Sequence record: MN563784.1
Direction: 5' to 3' (one strand)
DNA length: 64,000 nucleotides
Made by a program: the position numbers and the translations under genes. Shown piece by piece: positions 1 to 9,603 of the stretch (position 1 is the first letter of the stretch; each line of letters opens with the position of its first letter). The notes beneath the pieces were generated by a model. The model had not been told where the DNA came from. It saw nothing but the letters and a program-made list of their open reading frames with translations, and ran no database searches.

Positions 1-1010
1 TTTTCAATGACGTACGCAATTAACCCAAAGCGATGTTGGACAATATCTAATCCTTTCTGTGTCTCTTTTCCAAATGCTTTCTTAAAACGTTCTTCAACCT
101 CATTGGTGAAGAGATCGTCTAATACTCTTAATGCACTTACTAATTCAGAACCAAGTGCTTTAACAGGGGTACCTGACGCTAATAATCTGTTATTAGAGTT
201 AGACATAAAACATATTTGCTGGAACTTAAGAGATTGTGCAGAATTAGGATCGTTCATATTGTGTGATTCATCCAGAATCACCGTAATGTTCTTACCTTTG
301 AATATACCGCTTCTTAATAGATCAATTATTTTATCTTGCGCCTGGTAATGGGATATAAGTATTCTTTGACCGTTGTAGGCTTTATCATCAATGGTCGACC
401 ATACTTTTTGTCTTTCCTTATACATCTCAATAATAGATGGCTTCCATATTAGATCAATAGACTTCTTTTCACAAACAACTATAATGATATCCGACTCAAC
501 CATTTCAGCAATAGCCATCGTCATGAATGTCTTACCAGTACCAGGTTTACCTGCAACAATATCACCACGTAAACCATACTGGTCAATTCGATAATTATAA
601 TTTTCAAAATAAGCTTTTTGAGACTCATCTGGTGTAAATGTCAATTTGTCTAACATCTTGAAATTGAGTCTACCTGGTACAGAGTTGGTATCTACAGGAC
701 GAGTATTTTTTAACCAGGTATATTGAAGCATTGCTTCACGGATGGCATTAACAGTTTTAATAGAGATGTATCTACTTCTATAATTCTTTACTGCTTCTAG
801 CATGTAATATATTTCAGGAGCAAAGAATTTATAAAATGAAATACTACGACGACTAACCGTGTTAAATAACTGCGTAGCTAATTTAGTGGTTCGCCAATAC
901 TTGTTAATATCTCTAATGAATGCAGCACCATCAAAACCACTGATGATAATTTCTTGATCAGTTTCAGTAATTGATAGCGAGCCCATTAGCTTCCTAAATG
1001 AGTCTATCAT
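1..1010 (-). CDS. SF2 (SNF2/DEAD-like) helicase, N-terminal part; runs off window edge
   Basis: Hand translation from ATG at 1010 (MIDSFRKLMGSLS...): Walker A GKPGTGKT, Walker B ILDESH, motif III SGT; open to position 3; missing from ORF track because truncated. Confidence 0.88.
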   Translation of the reverse strand, partial: MIDSFRKLMGSLSITETDQEIIISGFDGAAFIRDINKYWRTTKLATQLFNTVSRRSISFYKFFAPEIYYMLEAVKNYRSRYISIKTVNAIREAMLQYTWLKNTRPVDTNSVPGRLNFKMLDKLTFTPDESQKAYFENYNYRIDQYGLRGDIVAGKPGTGKTFMTMAIAEMVESDIIIVVCEKKSIDLIWKPSIIEMYKERQKVWSTIDDKAYNGQRILISHYQAQDKIIDLLRSGIFKGKNITVILDESHNMNDPNSAQSLKFQQICFMSNSNNRLLASGTPVKALGSELVSALRVLDDLFTNEVEERFKKAFGKETQKGLDIVQHRFGLIAYVIE

Positions 1011-1032
1011 TGCATTTTTCCTTAAGGGGTAT

Positions 1033-1285
1033 GTAAATATAACTCTAAGTCATAAGATTAGCTAACGAATAAAAATACGCACAGTGCAATGATATAGAGC
1101 AAGGCAGTTTGCGTAAAACGCACTGTACTTTAAGGGGGTGATCCAGTCGTAAATAAACCGGGGTACTAAAGTATCGTCAGGAACGACACGAACCCCAACT
1201 ACGGTGCCTTGCTACTCACCGACCTCTAGATAGGGGTCGGACCTATTACATTAAAGGAGCCCACCAGGGGCTCCTTTATGCCATT
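1033..1285 (+). ncRNA. candidate structured ncRNA with pseudoknot potential
   Basis: TATGTA at 1030, no ORF, helices 1081-87/1120-26, 1098-1106/1205-13, 1160-64/1192-96, 1219-27/1232-40, terminator 1252-1278. Confidence 0.6.
1252..1278. terminator. intrinsic terminator hairpin
   Basis: taaaggagccc/gggctccttta 11-bp stem. Confidence 0.8.
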
Positions 1286-1289
1286 CATT

Positions 1290-1314
1290 ATAAATTAATT
1301 TAAATCTATATTAC
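1290..1314 (+). promoter_or_regulatory. early (virion RNAP-type) promoter
   Basis: aaatcTATATTAC at 1307-1314 with upstream A/T tract; matches the phiKZ early consensus. Confidence 0.75.
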
Positions 1315-1360
1315 AGGATTACCATAAAGATATTTATCCTTTTATAATGAGGAAAAGATT

Positions 1361-1756
1361 ATGTCCGATATTAATAGCACCAATGTAACAGATGAATTAG
1401 TACCTTATTTTCCATCGGCGGATGCCATTACTAGTTCTACTATTAGGGATGAAGTAATTCCTAATATTTTGTTATTCTACAAGAATGCTTTTAGTGACTT
1501 CCAACACGTTAGTAATATCACAGGTACTAACCAGATTGCATCAGGTTATTTACCAGGTGTAGGTTATTATTTCGAGTATAGTGTTACCGGTAATGCTAAT
1601 CTTATTCCACCTGAAGCAATTAAAGTATTACGTAATGTAATCACTAAAAATGGATATAAAGATGACATTACCATCACACCAAAAGGTTTTGGCCTAATCA
1701 ATTGGTTCATTGTGAGAGTATACGTAGATGAGCAAATTAAGAAGACTACTCAATAA
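1361..1756 (+). CDS. hypothetical protein, paralog of 1921 and 35095 ORFs
   Basis: GAGG RBS; shared FPS/IPT N-terminal motif and C-terminal helix-G(Y/W)-strand pattern. Confidence 0.8.
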   Translation: MSDINSTNVTDELVPYFPSADAITSSTIRDEVIPNILLFYKNAFSDFQHVSNITGTNQIASGYLPGVGYYFEYSVTGNANLIPPEAIKVLRNVITKNGYKDDITITPKGFGLINWFIVRVYVDEQIKKTTQ

Positions 1757-1920
1757 AGAATTAGAAAAAGAGTTAGTTAAAAAACTAGATTTTCTAGAAC
1801 GTGATTTTAGAGCTATAAAAGAAGTTATCAAAACTGGAAAATATCCTGATCCTGTTAATCCGAATCGCAGACAAAGTGATTATGATTTATCTTTTAATAA
1901 TTAACCTATAAGAGGATGCT

Positions 1921-2322
1921 ATGGAAATCACATTTCCATCTGTAAAAGAAGTAATGACAACTGATCCAGCATTTATTGATTTGGTTCTGAAAAGTAAATT
2001 ACTTACTATCCGTAAAGCAATGATTGATGTTATTCGAAATATTGAGAATACATCACTAGCATCTAGTAGGCTTGTTAAACAGAAAAGCTATCCATATCAA
2101 ACTACTTTCGAACTTGTATTTAACCCAAAGGTTTTTAAATGGTTTGATAAAACAGATGCTATCAATATTAAAAATATTCTTCATGCTGAAGTAGTTAACC
2201 AGGATTGGGAGAGTATTGATATTTCTTATAATGGTAGGGATATACATGGTTTTGAAAAAGTGACTATTGTATTAACTCCTATGAAAGATGAAGCTATTAA
2301 ATATGATCTTTCAAAAGCATGA
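1921..2322 (+). CDS. hypothetical protein, paralog of 1361 ORF
   Basis: GAGG RBS; followed by terminator. Confidence 0.8.
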   Translation: MEITFPSVKEVMTTDPAFIDLVLKSKLLTIRKAMIDVIRNIENTSLASSRLVKQKSYPYQTTFELVFNPKVFKWFDKTDAINIKNILHAEVVNQDWESIDISYNGRDIHGFEKVTIVLTPMKDEAIKYDLSKA

Positions 2323-2564
2323 ATTAAGATAACATATACCCTCCCCTTTATTGGGGAGGGATTATTTACTTATATGTTTAATAGAATAAGGACTCTACCT
2401 TGGAATAATGCTAATGCTCTTCACCAGAGAAAAGAGATATATAGATAGACGTATTACACATTATCAGGTTGAGTAGTAAATTAAAACAACCAATAATACG
2501 TTATTCAATATTGAAATAGTTGTTATAAAACATTTATATTAATCTAATACAGGAAATAAAGAAA

Positions 2565-3275
2565 ATGGGTGATTATGTATATTTAGAAACTCAAGCTAAA
2601 GTAAATAATGAATGGATTGGTATCGAAGATATTGAACTAACACAGAATTATGATCTTTATGCATATCTACTTGATATTCGCAATTATTGGGATGTAAAAC
2701 CATTTGCTTACCATAATGGTGTTCCTGATGATCTGAAAAAGAAACCAGAATGGTGGAGTAGTTATGATGATGATCCACGCTGTGATGCATGGATTAGTGG
2801 TGAAGCTATTCTAAAAGGTATGAGTGAGCTTAAACCAGTTACTAAAACAGTATATATGAGTCTATATACTTATATGTCCTGGGATCGTATGTCAGAACCA
2901 GATTGCTATTCACGGTATAGCCCACGTCTTGTAACAGATGAACCAAAAATTAATAAAATCTCTCAAAAACAATTACAGTATTATAAGAATTTAACTGAAA
3001 GTTTTTATTCTCTAAACCTTAAAGCTAATTATGATTGGAAGGTTATCGACGGTCGGTTACAACGAGTCGGGCCTAAATGTGGTAAGAATCACCTACGTAA
3101 TCTACGTCGAGTATCGCGTTATCTATCTTTCTGCAATGTTCCTAATGAACCTATCAAAGTAACTTATACACTCACGGCTGATCAACAGCGAAAAGAATTT
3201 AAACCTTTTATTTATCAAGTCCGAAATGCCGTTCTTAAGTACGGTGATATCCGTCTTCTAATGAGGGTTAGATAA
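2565..3275 (+). CDS. conserved phage protein (MG-D-I/V...RNY...G+P-D family)
   Basis: AGGA RBS; NYDLYAYLLDIRN...GVPDDL pattern common in phage hypotheticals. Confidence 0.75.
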   Translation: MGDYVYLETQAKVNNEWIGIEDIELTQNYDLYAYLLDIRNYWDVKPFAYHNGVPDDLKKKPEWWSSYDDDPRCDAWISGEAILKGMSELKPVTKTVYMSLYTYMSWDRMSEPDCYSRYSPRLVTDEPKINKISQKQLQYYKNLTESFYSLNLKANYDWKVIDGRLQRVGPKCGKNHLRNLRRVSRYLSFCNVPNEPIKVTYTLTADQQRKEFKPFIYQVRNAVLKYGDIRLLMRVR

Positions 3276-3928
3276 TGGCAATGACAGCTATTGTCGGTAG
3301 TCGCTATGCCCCTACATGGGCCCTAGAATTGATGATACGCGCAGGAAGAACATTTGTTGATCTAGGTATAGGTATTTCATCAGGCGATGCATATGGATCA
3401 GATAGAGCTGGTTGGTATGGTGCAATTCAGTCTGATAAATGGGATACAGTAGAAAGTCGTATTTACATTATTCGAAATGGATTTCTTGGAAGACGAATTG
3501 AGAATCTAGCGTGGTTTCATGATGCCTCCGTATATACTGATACCATTCCCACAGCTATGGCAATGGCCTGTGCAGCTCGGGGAAGTTTCAATGGTTTAGG
3601 TAGAACAGGTATTGAACTACATACTCGTAATGTATTTCAAATTCATGGCCATACTTTACGTGAACCTGTTTCAACTATTATTGCATACGGTGAACAAAAG
3701 ACACCAACCTCTGTAATTAGTGGTGGTACTAATACAGCGTGGCAGTTGGCATTAGATGCAAATGTGCCAACTATGTATAACCTATACTGGTCCGATGATG
3801 TAAAGAGACTAGAAGAATGGTTAAATAAAAATGAATCTGATGAGCCATATATGCCAATTGATTGGTCTGAAATCTTAGATCCTAGAGATAGCCGTCTACC
3901 TGAATTGATGGATGAATATAATAATTAA
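3275..3928 (+). CDS. DprA/SLOG-like Rossmann-fold protein
   Basis: IVGSR, ISSGDAYGSD, GGT..AWQLA, VPTMYNL motifs. Confidence 0.75.
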   Translation: MAMTAIVGSRYAPTWALELMIRAGRTFVDLGIGISSGDAYGSDRAGWYGAIQSDKWDTVESRIYIIRNGFLGRRIENLAWFHDASVYTDTIPTAMAMACAARGSFNGLGRTGIELHTRNVFQIHGHTLREPVSTIIAYGEQKTPTSVISGGTNTAWQLALDANVPTMYNLYWSDDVKRLEEWLNKNESDEPYMPIDWSEILDPRDSRLPELMDEYNN

Positions 3929-4031
3929 TTTTCTCAAATGAATTAGTTATAATAGCCAAAATAAACCCTCCTCTTAGTAGGAGGGTTTATATCGTCTCAA
4001 ATTAGATTATCAATTAGAAAAGGAACATCAA

Positions 4032-5132
4032 ATGAATTATCGTAATAGCAAACTTACGTTAGTCCAGCAGAAGTGGATTGATCGTTTTATCTCCATTGCT
4101 ATGGAGGTTGATAATGGCCGTGCAATTTCCAATGCATATCGCTATACTCTTAATGAACAGGGAATTAGTTCAGATAGTGAAGATCTACGTATTCACTATC
4201 CTTTTGGAGTTGATAGAAAAGAATTCATCAAAGAACAAATTTACAAACTATGTGATGAAGTTATAAGCCCTTTAAATCTGAAAGCATTCAGAATTAGTGG
4301 TGGTTTTGCATTACTAGATGATGAAGGAATCATTGGTTTCCTAATGAATGGAATGGAAGGTACCACTAGTCAGAACTTTAGATTATACTCCAATGAAGAA
4401 CTGATCAAAGTATTTAAATTACGTTTTGAAGAAGTATTTGATCAGACTCGTCCACCTAGTATTAAAAGAATTCGGGTTAACTATCAAAATAATGAACTAT
4501 ATAGCTTTAGTGAAGTTATTTCTGTTCGTAACTACAATCCAAATATGATGGAAATGTATCCATTCCTAGATCGATCTCCAGCTGAAATCTGGACTGAATT
4601 CGCTGCATCTGAATCTAATGTTCTACTATTGATTGGTCCTCCTGGTACTGGTAAGTCTAATTATATCAATGAGATTATTCGGGCTCGTGGTTATAATGAT
4701 CGTAATGTGTATCTAGCTGATCAAGATGATGTACTTGGCCACGCCGGTTTGACTAATTTTATTCGTGGTGTTGAGGATAATTCACTCATTATTACAGAAG
4801 ACTCTGATAAAATGGTGGCTAAACGTGTAGATGGTAATAGTAATATGTCAGGGCTATTAAATGCTACAGCTGGTCTAGTATCTACTAAGACCAAGATTAT
4901 CATTTCTACTAATCTTCCGACTCTTCGTGATGTTGATGAAGCTTTAGTTCGACCTGGCCGTGCTTTCGATATTCTTACCTTCAAAACACTTACTGCTGAA
5001 CAAGCGAATGCAGCTCGTTTAGCTAATGGTCTAGATCCAGTTGAGTTTGTCGGTAATAATCTTACTTTAGCTGAAGCATTGAATACTAGTTCTTGCAGTA
5101 GCCCACGCAAAGCAAGTCGTGTAGGTTTCTAA
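4032..5132 (+). CDS. AAA+ ATPase
   Basis: Walker A GPPGTGKS, Walker B IITED, MSGLLN, STN, arginine finger ALVRPGRAFD. Confidence 0.92.
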   Translation: MNYRNSKLTLVQQKWIDRFISIAMEVDNGRAISNAYRYTLNEQGISSDSEDLRIHYPFGVDRKEFIKEQIYKLCDEVISPLNLKAFRISGGFALLDDEGIIGFLMNGMEGTTSQNFRLYSNEELIKVFKLRFEEVFDQTRPPSIKRIRVNYQNNELYSFSEVISVRNYNPNMMEMYPFLDRSPAEIWTEFAASESNVLLLIGPPGTGKSNYINEIIRARGYNDRNVYLADQDDVLGHAGLTNFIRGVEDNSLIITEDSDKMVAKRVDGNSNMSGLLNATAGLVSTKTKIIISTNLPTLRDVDEALVRPGRAFDILTFKTLTAEQANAARLANGLDPVEFVGNNLTLAEALNTSSCSSPRKASRVGF

Positions 5133-5239
5133 GGAAAAGTAAGCTGCTTTTAAACTAGCGAAGAAACATGAATTCCAACGTGTTATTTATAATCCTGATG
5201 ACCTTAAAGTAAAGCATTATTTCACATACGGAGATCAGC

Positions 5240-5842
5240 ATGCAGCGCAATAATGACCCGCAGCAAGTAATCATGTCGATTGAGATGTACAATAGCCTAC
5301 TGGCTATGGCTAATGATTCACCTCATTACACGACAAAACTTATCCAACGTCACGTGCGAAAGATGAATCCTTTTTTACAACCTGCACATCTAAAGAATGT
5401 CAGAACTAAGGAAGCTATTCGGTCCCAACGTATTCGTGAAGCTCGGGCTTTCTTCGAAGCCAATCATAGAAAAATTCTGTACGCAAAGGTTGATATGGGT
5501 AACTGTAAAAAAGGAGATGATCCGGTTTACTTCCCATGCATATCTGAACGTATTGCCAAGAATAGACAACTAATCCAAGTTCGTCATGCCAATGAAGTTG
5601 GTTATGGACGGTGCATCCGGTTGGTAGAGGCTAAATATCTCACAACCATTATTCCTGATGGATATATCCAAGGAACTGGGCCGTATAAAAAATATCTTGT
5701 TAAAGAGAATGGTCCTTACGATATCCGTGAACAAGAAGAAAAACGTAAACAAGCTTTTTCGAGTGAGATAGCTAAGAAGTTTGAGTTCAAACATGATTCT
5801 TACGATATGGATAATCTCAAAAAGAATTATTATACACAATGA
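5240..5842 (+). CDS. hypothetical protein, paralog of 30204 ORF
   Basis: Aligns by eye: V.M.+E.Y..L, I.RH.RK.N, IR.A..FF..N..KI. Confidence 0.8.
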   Translation: MQRNNDPQQVIMSIEMYNSLLAMANDSPHYTTKLIQRHVRKMNPFLQPAHLKNVRTKEAIRSQRIREARAFFEANHRKILYAKVDMGNCKKGDDPVYFPCISERIAKNRQLIQVRHANEVGYGRCIRLVEAKYLTTIIPDGYIQGTGPYKKYLVKENGPYDIREQEEKRKQAFSSEIAKKFEFKHDSYDMDNLKKNYYTQ

Positions 5843-5969
5843 GATTAGTATAAATGGACATTAGTTTATCTCCAGTATGAGTATTCCAACTTCTTAAATA
5901 TTACTAAAGAGCAGACTATGAATATATCAGTGTTTGCTCTTTGGAGGTAATTACTCTGGAGCATCTAAT

Positions 5970-6302
5970 ATGTGTGCAATTCCTGTAATACCTGTATCAA
6001 ATGACATCACTGTTATTAAGCCAGGTGATACAGTTTGGTCAACAGGTGTTCTCGGTATGAAAGCATCCTGTGAGCATCCACCAGCGCTATTCTGTATACG
6101 GGGTGATGAACTTGAAGTTCTAGAAATTAGCCCTCCCACGGAATATGAGAAAAAAGCAATGTATAAGTGCCGCTTAAAAAGAGGCACTGGTCATTTCTGG
6201 ATCTATCGTAGTGGGTTTACTAAAATAAAGCCATTTAATCACAATATGACTGGTTATGAGTTTTGGGATGGTGAGAAAATTAGAGAATATGGTGGGCATT
6301 AG
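5970..6302 (+). CDS. SH3-like small beta-barrel protein
   Basis: KPGDTV...GDELEVLEI pattern; GGAG RBS favours start 5970 over 5934. Confidence 0.65.
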   Translation: MCAIPVIPVSNDITVIKPGDTVWSTGVLGMKASCEHPPALFCIRGDELEVLEISPPTEYEKKAMYKCRLKRGTGHFWIYRSGFTKIKPFNHNMTGYEFWDGEKIREYGGH

Positions 6303-6313
6303 AGTAAAAGAAA

Positions 6314-6439
6314 ATGGCTAGCGAAAATAATAAATCAGACATGCAACATGAACAAGAAGAACCACCCATATTCAAAATGCTTTTTCTAAGTGCAGTTATA
6401 GGTGGATCATTATGGGAAATAATTAGACAGTGGTTTTAG
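6314..6439 (+). CDS. 41-aa predicted membrane peptide (not in ORF track)
   Basis: MASENNKSDMQHEQEEPPIFKMLFLSAVIGGSLWEIIRQWF; fits operon spacing. Confidence 0.55.
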   Translation: MASENNKSDMQHEQEEPPIFKMLFLSAVIGGSLWEIIRQWF

Positions 6440-6564
6440 CCACTGTCTTTATAATGTATTTTGAGTTATAAAAATGTCCATAGAAAAAGCCTATTCCAAT
6501 TTAATAGCTTCAATTAAAACAGTTAGAAAACATTTTCCTAAATTAATTCAAGAGAAGAATTTAG

Positions 6565-6822
6565 ATGAGGAATTACGACGGGAGTTTACGACTCCTATTC
6601 AATTCGACCCGACTAAGAAATCGGGAAACTCCTTTTGATAACGAACAGTCAGAAATGGATAAGTTAAAACCAATCGATGACTTTTGGAAAACTAAAACAA
6701 TTAAACCATCAGATGCTTATTTAGAAAGAAAGAATGAGCAACTAAAGATGATTAATCCGCATAAAGTTTATAATCCATTCAATGAAAAAGATACGGTATT
6801 AAAACCTATTTCTAAATTATAA
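6565..6822 (+). CDS. hypothetical protein (start uncertain)
   Basis: ORF collinear with operon. Confidence 0.5.
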   Translation: MRNYDGSLRLLFNSTRLRNRETPFDNEQSEMDKLKPIDDFWKTKTIKPSDAYLERKNEQLKMINPHKVYNPFNEKDTVLKPISKL

Positions 6823-6834
6823 AAAGGATTTACT

Positions 6835-7254
6835 ATGAAACAAGATCATCAATTCTGGCATGATAAACCATTTTCAGAAAATGAAGTTAGGAAGAAACTT
6901 GGCGGATCGTCATTATCCAAACTAAGTACAGAACAGATTTTAGAAGAGTGGCGAACAGAACATATTGAACGTAATACTCCTTTAAGTAAAAGGCTATATG
7001 ACATTCGTAATAAAGCCATCAATGATTACTCACTTACTGATAATCAACAAGTTAATAATTTGTTGCAATGTGCAGTGGATCAAGTCTTAGCAGATGTGAT
7101 CATTATGTTAGATGGTTCAGTGCCACATAAGCAATTTCAAATTTCTGAATATGAAATTGAAATGGACAGTAAGGAATTATCGATTAAAGAACATACTCGT
7201 CCAATAACTGAAGATCTACTAAAAAATTATTTTGAATTGGTGAATGGCAAATGA
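6835..7254 (+). CDS. hypothetical protein, possibly related to 33015/33746 family
   Basis: AAGGA RBS; IIMLDGS motif. Confidence 0.7.
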   Translation: MKQDHQFWHDKPFSENEVRKKLGGSSLSKLSTEQILEEWRTEHIERNTPLSKRLYDIRNKAINDYSLTDNQQVNNLLQCAVDQVLADVIIMLDGSVPHKQFQISEYEIEMDSKELSIKEHTRPITEDLLKNYFELVNGK

Positions 7255-7595
7255 CTGAACGTATTCATTACTCAGATCGTAAGTTACCGCTGTGTTTTAA
7301 AGGTGTTTATGACATTCCAGTTGTAACCATCGAAAACTATTGTAAGTGGTATGGTCTTAATATTGTCTATCCAGATGGGCGTGTTGAATGGGTTGACACT
7401 GATTTACTTGCTGAAATAGAACGGGAAAGCAAGTTCGCAGTAATGGGTGATCACAACTATCATCCAATTCTGCTGGACAAAGTAGCTGAGAAGATTGGCG
7501 GGGCGGCATGTGATGTTGCACGTGAGTTGATGACTGGCCGTTGGGTACTAGAGGTTATGGACGGTGAAATCCCTGGTCAAGAAAAATTCTGTTAA
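7251..7595 (+). CDS. hypothetical protein
   Basis: Overlapping start/stop coupling. Confidence 0.75.
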   Translation: MTERIHYSDRKLPLCFKGVYDIPVVTIENYCKWYGLNIVYPDGRVEWVDTDLLAEIERESKFAVMGDHNYHPILLDKVAEKIGGAACDVARELMTGRWVLEVMDGEIPGQEKFC

Positions 7596-7608
7596 ATGGA
7601 TGATTAAA

Positions 7609-8148
7609 ATGGGTATTGATGTTTTCCCTGTAGTTACCAAACGTTCCACACGTTCTTCAGATGGTGCACGTGTACTTAAATTCATTGACATGCATACATG
7701 CGAGGCTCTTAACTTTAGCCGTTGCTATTATCTTTGGGATTGGTTAACCGATAATAATGAGTATACCAACCGATTCTGTCGACCGACTCTTAAAGGCTGT
7801 GGATTTGGTACACTCGTCAGTGATGACTCGCATCCAGTATGGAACAACTTTGAAGGTCGCCTTTCACAAATTGTCAATTCCAAACAGGACAATCTAACAC
7901 CGTACGCCTATTATAGTGAAGATGGTTGGTACCCACTTACAATGATCTTCAATATGGAAGACCTCTGGAACTTCGATTATGATCAGAAGCCAACGATGTT
8001 CGATCAAGATGTTAATGGTGAAGTCATTTCGGAAAAAACCTATCGCCAGCTATTTTTGAGCAATGGTGTGGATGATGGTTATTTCAAGTTCCTGGAAGAA
8101 ACTAAAAAGATGGAGTGTGTTCACTTCATCGCCCGATTCTGGGGATGA
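7609..8148 (+). CDS. hypothetical protein (MGIDV start)
   Basis: In-frame ATG at 7609 preferred over 7564. Confidence 0.7.
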   Translation: MGIDVFPVVTKRSTRSSDGARVLKFIDMHTCEALNFSRCYYLWDWLTDNNEYTNRFCRPTLKGCGFGTLVSDDSHPVWNNFEGRLSQIVNSKQDNLTPYAYYSEDGWYPLTMIFNMEDLWNFDYDQKPTMFDQDVNGEVISEKTYRQLFLSNGVDDGYFKFLEETKKMECVHFIARFWG

Positions 8149-8171
8149 TTACTTAACAGGAAAAGTTAAAA

Positions 8172-8741
8172 ATGGCTATTCTATCTGATAAAACAATCAC
8201 TGACTTATCTAAAGGTCGTGAACCAATGATTACGGATTTCATTGGTCACCAGGTCCGTGAAAAAGATGGTAAAAAGATTATTAGTTATGGGCTTAGTTCA
8301 TATGGGTACGATGTAAGGCTAGCCCGTAATTTTAAGATCTTTTCTAATGTAACAAGTGCAGTTATTGACCCATTAGACCCTAGTGATGGATTCTTAGTAG
8401 ATTGGACTGGTGATTATTGTATTATTCCACCTAACAGTTATATTCTTGGTCATACTGTAGAATCGTTTAATATTCCAGATGATGTCCTAGCTATTTGCAC
8501 AGGTAAATCAACCTATGCACGACTAGGTGCAATTGTTAATGTCACTCCTATTGAACCAGGTTTCAAAGGACAAGTCGTTATTGAGATTGCAAACTGCACT
8601 ACACTACCTCTAAAAATTTATGCTGATATGGGTATTGCTCAGTTTATGTTCTTTAGAGGTGATGCCCCATGTGAAGTTAGTTATGCAAAACGTAATGGTA
8701 AATATCAAAATCAAATTGGTATCACAACAGCGAGACTTTAA
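8172..8741 (+). CDS. dcd: dCTP deaminase
   Basis: ISYGLSSYGYD, GKSTYAR, TPIEPGFKG, GIAQFMFF, YAKRNGKYQNQ.G motifs. Confidence 0.95.
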   Translation: MAILSDKTITDLSKGREPMITDFIGHQVREKDGKKIISYGLSSYGYDVRLARNFKIFSNVTSAVIDPLDPSDGFLVDWTGDYCIIPPNSYILGHTVESFNIPDDVLAICTGKSTYARLGAIVNVTPIEPGFKGQVVIEIANCTTLPLKIYADMGIAQFMFFRGDAPCEVSYAKRNGKYQNQIGITTARL

Positions 8742-8743
8742 TA

Positions 8744-8980
8744 ATGCTTAGTCCTAACCAAGAAAAGTTTGTCAGTCGGCTAACTGAAATTACAAAGGCA
8801 TCTGATTCAGAACTTTGTGCAGTTAATGATACAATCTCATTTGATATTTCAACTGATAACATGCATGCTGAATTCTTTAATTTGGTTGCTGAACTGCATT
8901 TTAAGATTGTTCATATGTTTCCAATTAACCAATATAACACTCGTTATCGGGTTGTTATTCATGAACCATTCTATCTATGA
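8744..8980 (+). CDS. hypothetical protein
   Basis: Coupled to dcd. Confidence 0.65.
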   Translation: MLSPNQEKFVSRLTEITKASDSELCAVNDTISFDISTDNMHAEFFNLVAELHFKIVHMFPINQYNTRYRVVIHEPFYL

Positions 8981-9000
8981 TTGACCAACATAGTGGTTTA

Positions 9001-9043
9001 TACATTCAAAGCATTTTAAACAGTATATCACAAATGTGATATA
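9001..9043 (+). promoter_or_regulatory. early promoter with perfect 9-bp inverted repeat
   Basis: aaagcattttaaacag-TATATCAC; tatatcaca/tgtgatata at 9024-32/9035-43. Confidence 0.7.
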
Positions 9044-9070
9044 ATCAACATATATAGGAGATTCTAATAC

Positions 9071-9547
9071 ATGTCACGCAATACTATTTCTTCCTGGAGT
9101 GAACTTGGTTCAATGCTGGGTGTACAGCCGAAGCCGGTTCAGAAGAAACAGAAAAATCGAGCTAAAAAGAATCATGAAGCTGCGGTTCGTAAAAATTCTA
9201 GGGAAACCTTTATGGACATTGCTGCAAAACAAACTAAATCAAGTCCTAACTTCCGTAAGAACAAACAAAAAGATGTTCGTCATTGCAGTGTATGTGATAA
9301 TATTAAACTAAAAGAAAATGGCATCGAAGAAGGGCGGGCCAAACCAATTGGTATGACCGAATTAGCTAAGTTCAAAGTTGAGCTAGCAAAAAATGGTCTT
9401 GAGCTATTCGGTTGTGAAGTACGTAAGCAAGAATCTTTTGCAGATGCATTTTATGGTAATAATACCATTTGTGAAGAAACTGCAAAGCTGATTAAAGCAT
9501 ACCAGGAAGAGTTTGATTCAGTCTTCCGCCGCGCTATTACTGCCTAA
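9071..9547 (+). CDS. basic hypothetical protein, monocistronic early gene
   Basis: AGGAG RBS, K/R-rich N-half, CxxC; own promoter and terminator (9554-9573). Confidence 0.85.
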   Translation: MSRNTISSWSELGSMLGVQPKPVQKKQKNRAKKNHEAAVRKNSRETFMDIAAKQTKSSPNFRKNKQKDVRHCSVCDNIKLKENGIEEGRAKPIGMTELAKFKVELAKNGLELFGCEVRKQESFADAFYGNNTICEETAKLIKAYQEEFDSVFRRAITA

Positions 9548-9603
9548 CGATATAGGGGACCTTCTGGTCCCCTTAGTCATTATTATTTTTTTGGATTTTA
9601 GCT

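Noticed and set aside
7-594. Two plus-strand ORFs in the track
   Set aside because: Antisense shadows of the minus-strand helicase, which has clear motifs
1134-1266. tmRNA-like look (GGGGGTGA start, ...CCCACCA end)
   Set aside because: Ends cannot form an acceptor stem, there is no T-loop or tag ORF, and ACCA is just the terminator loop
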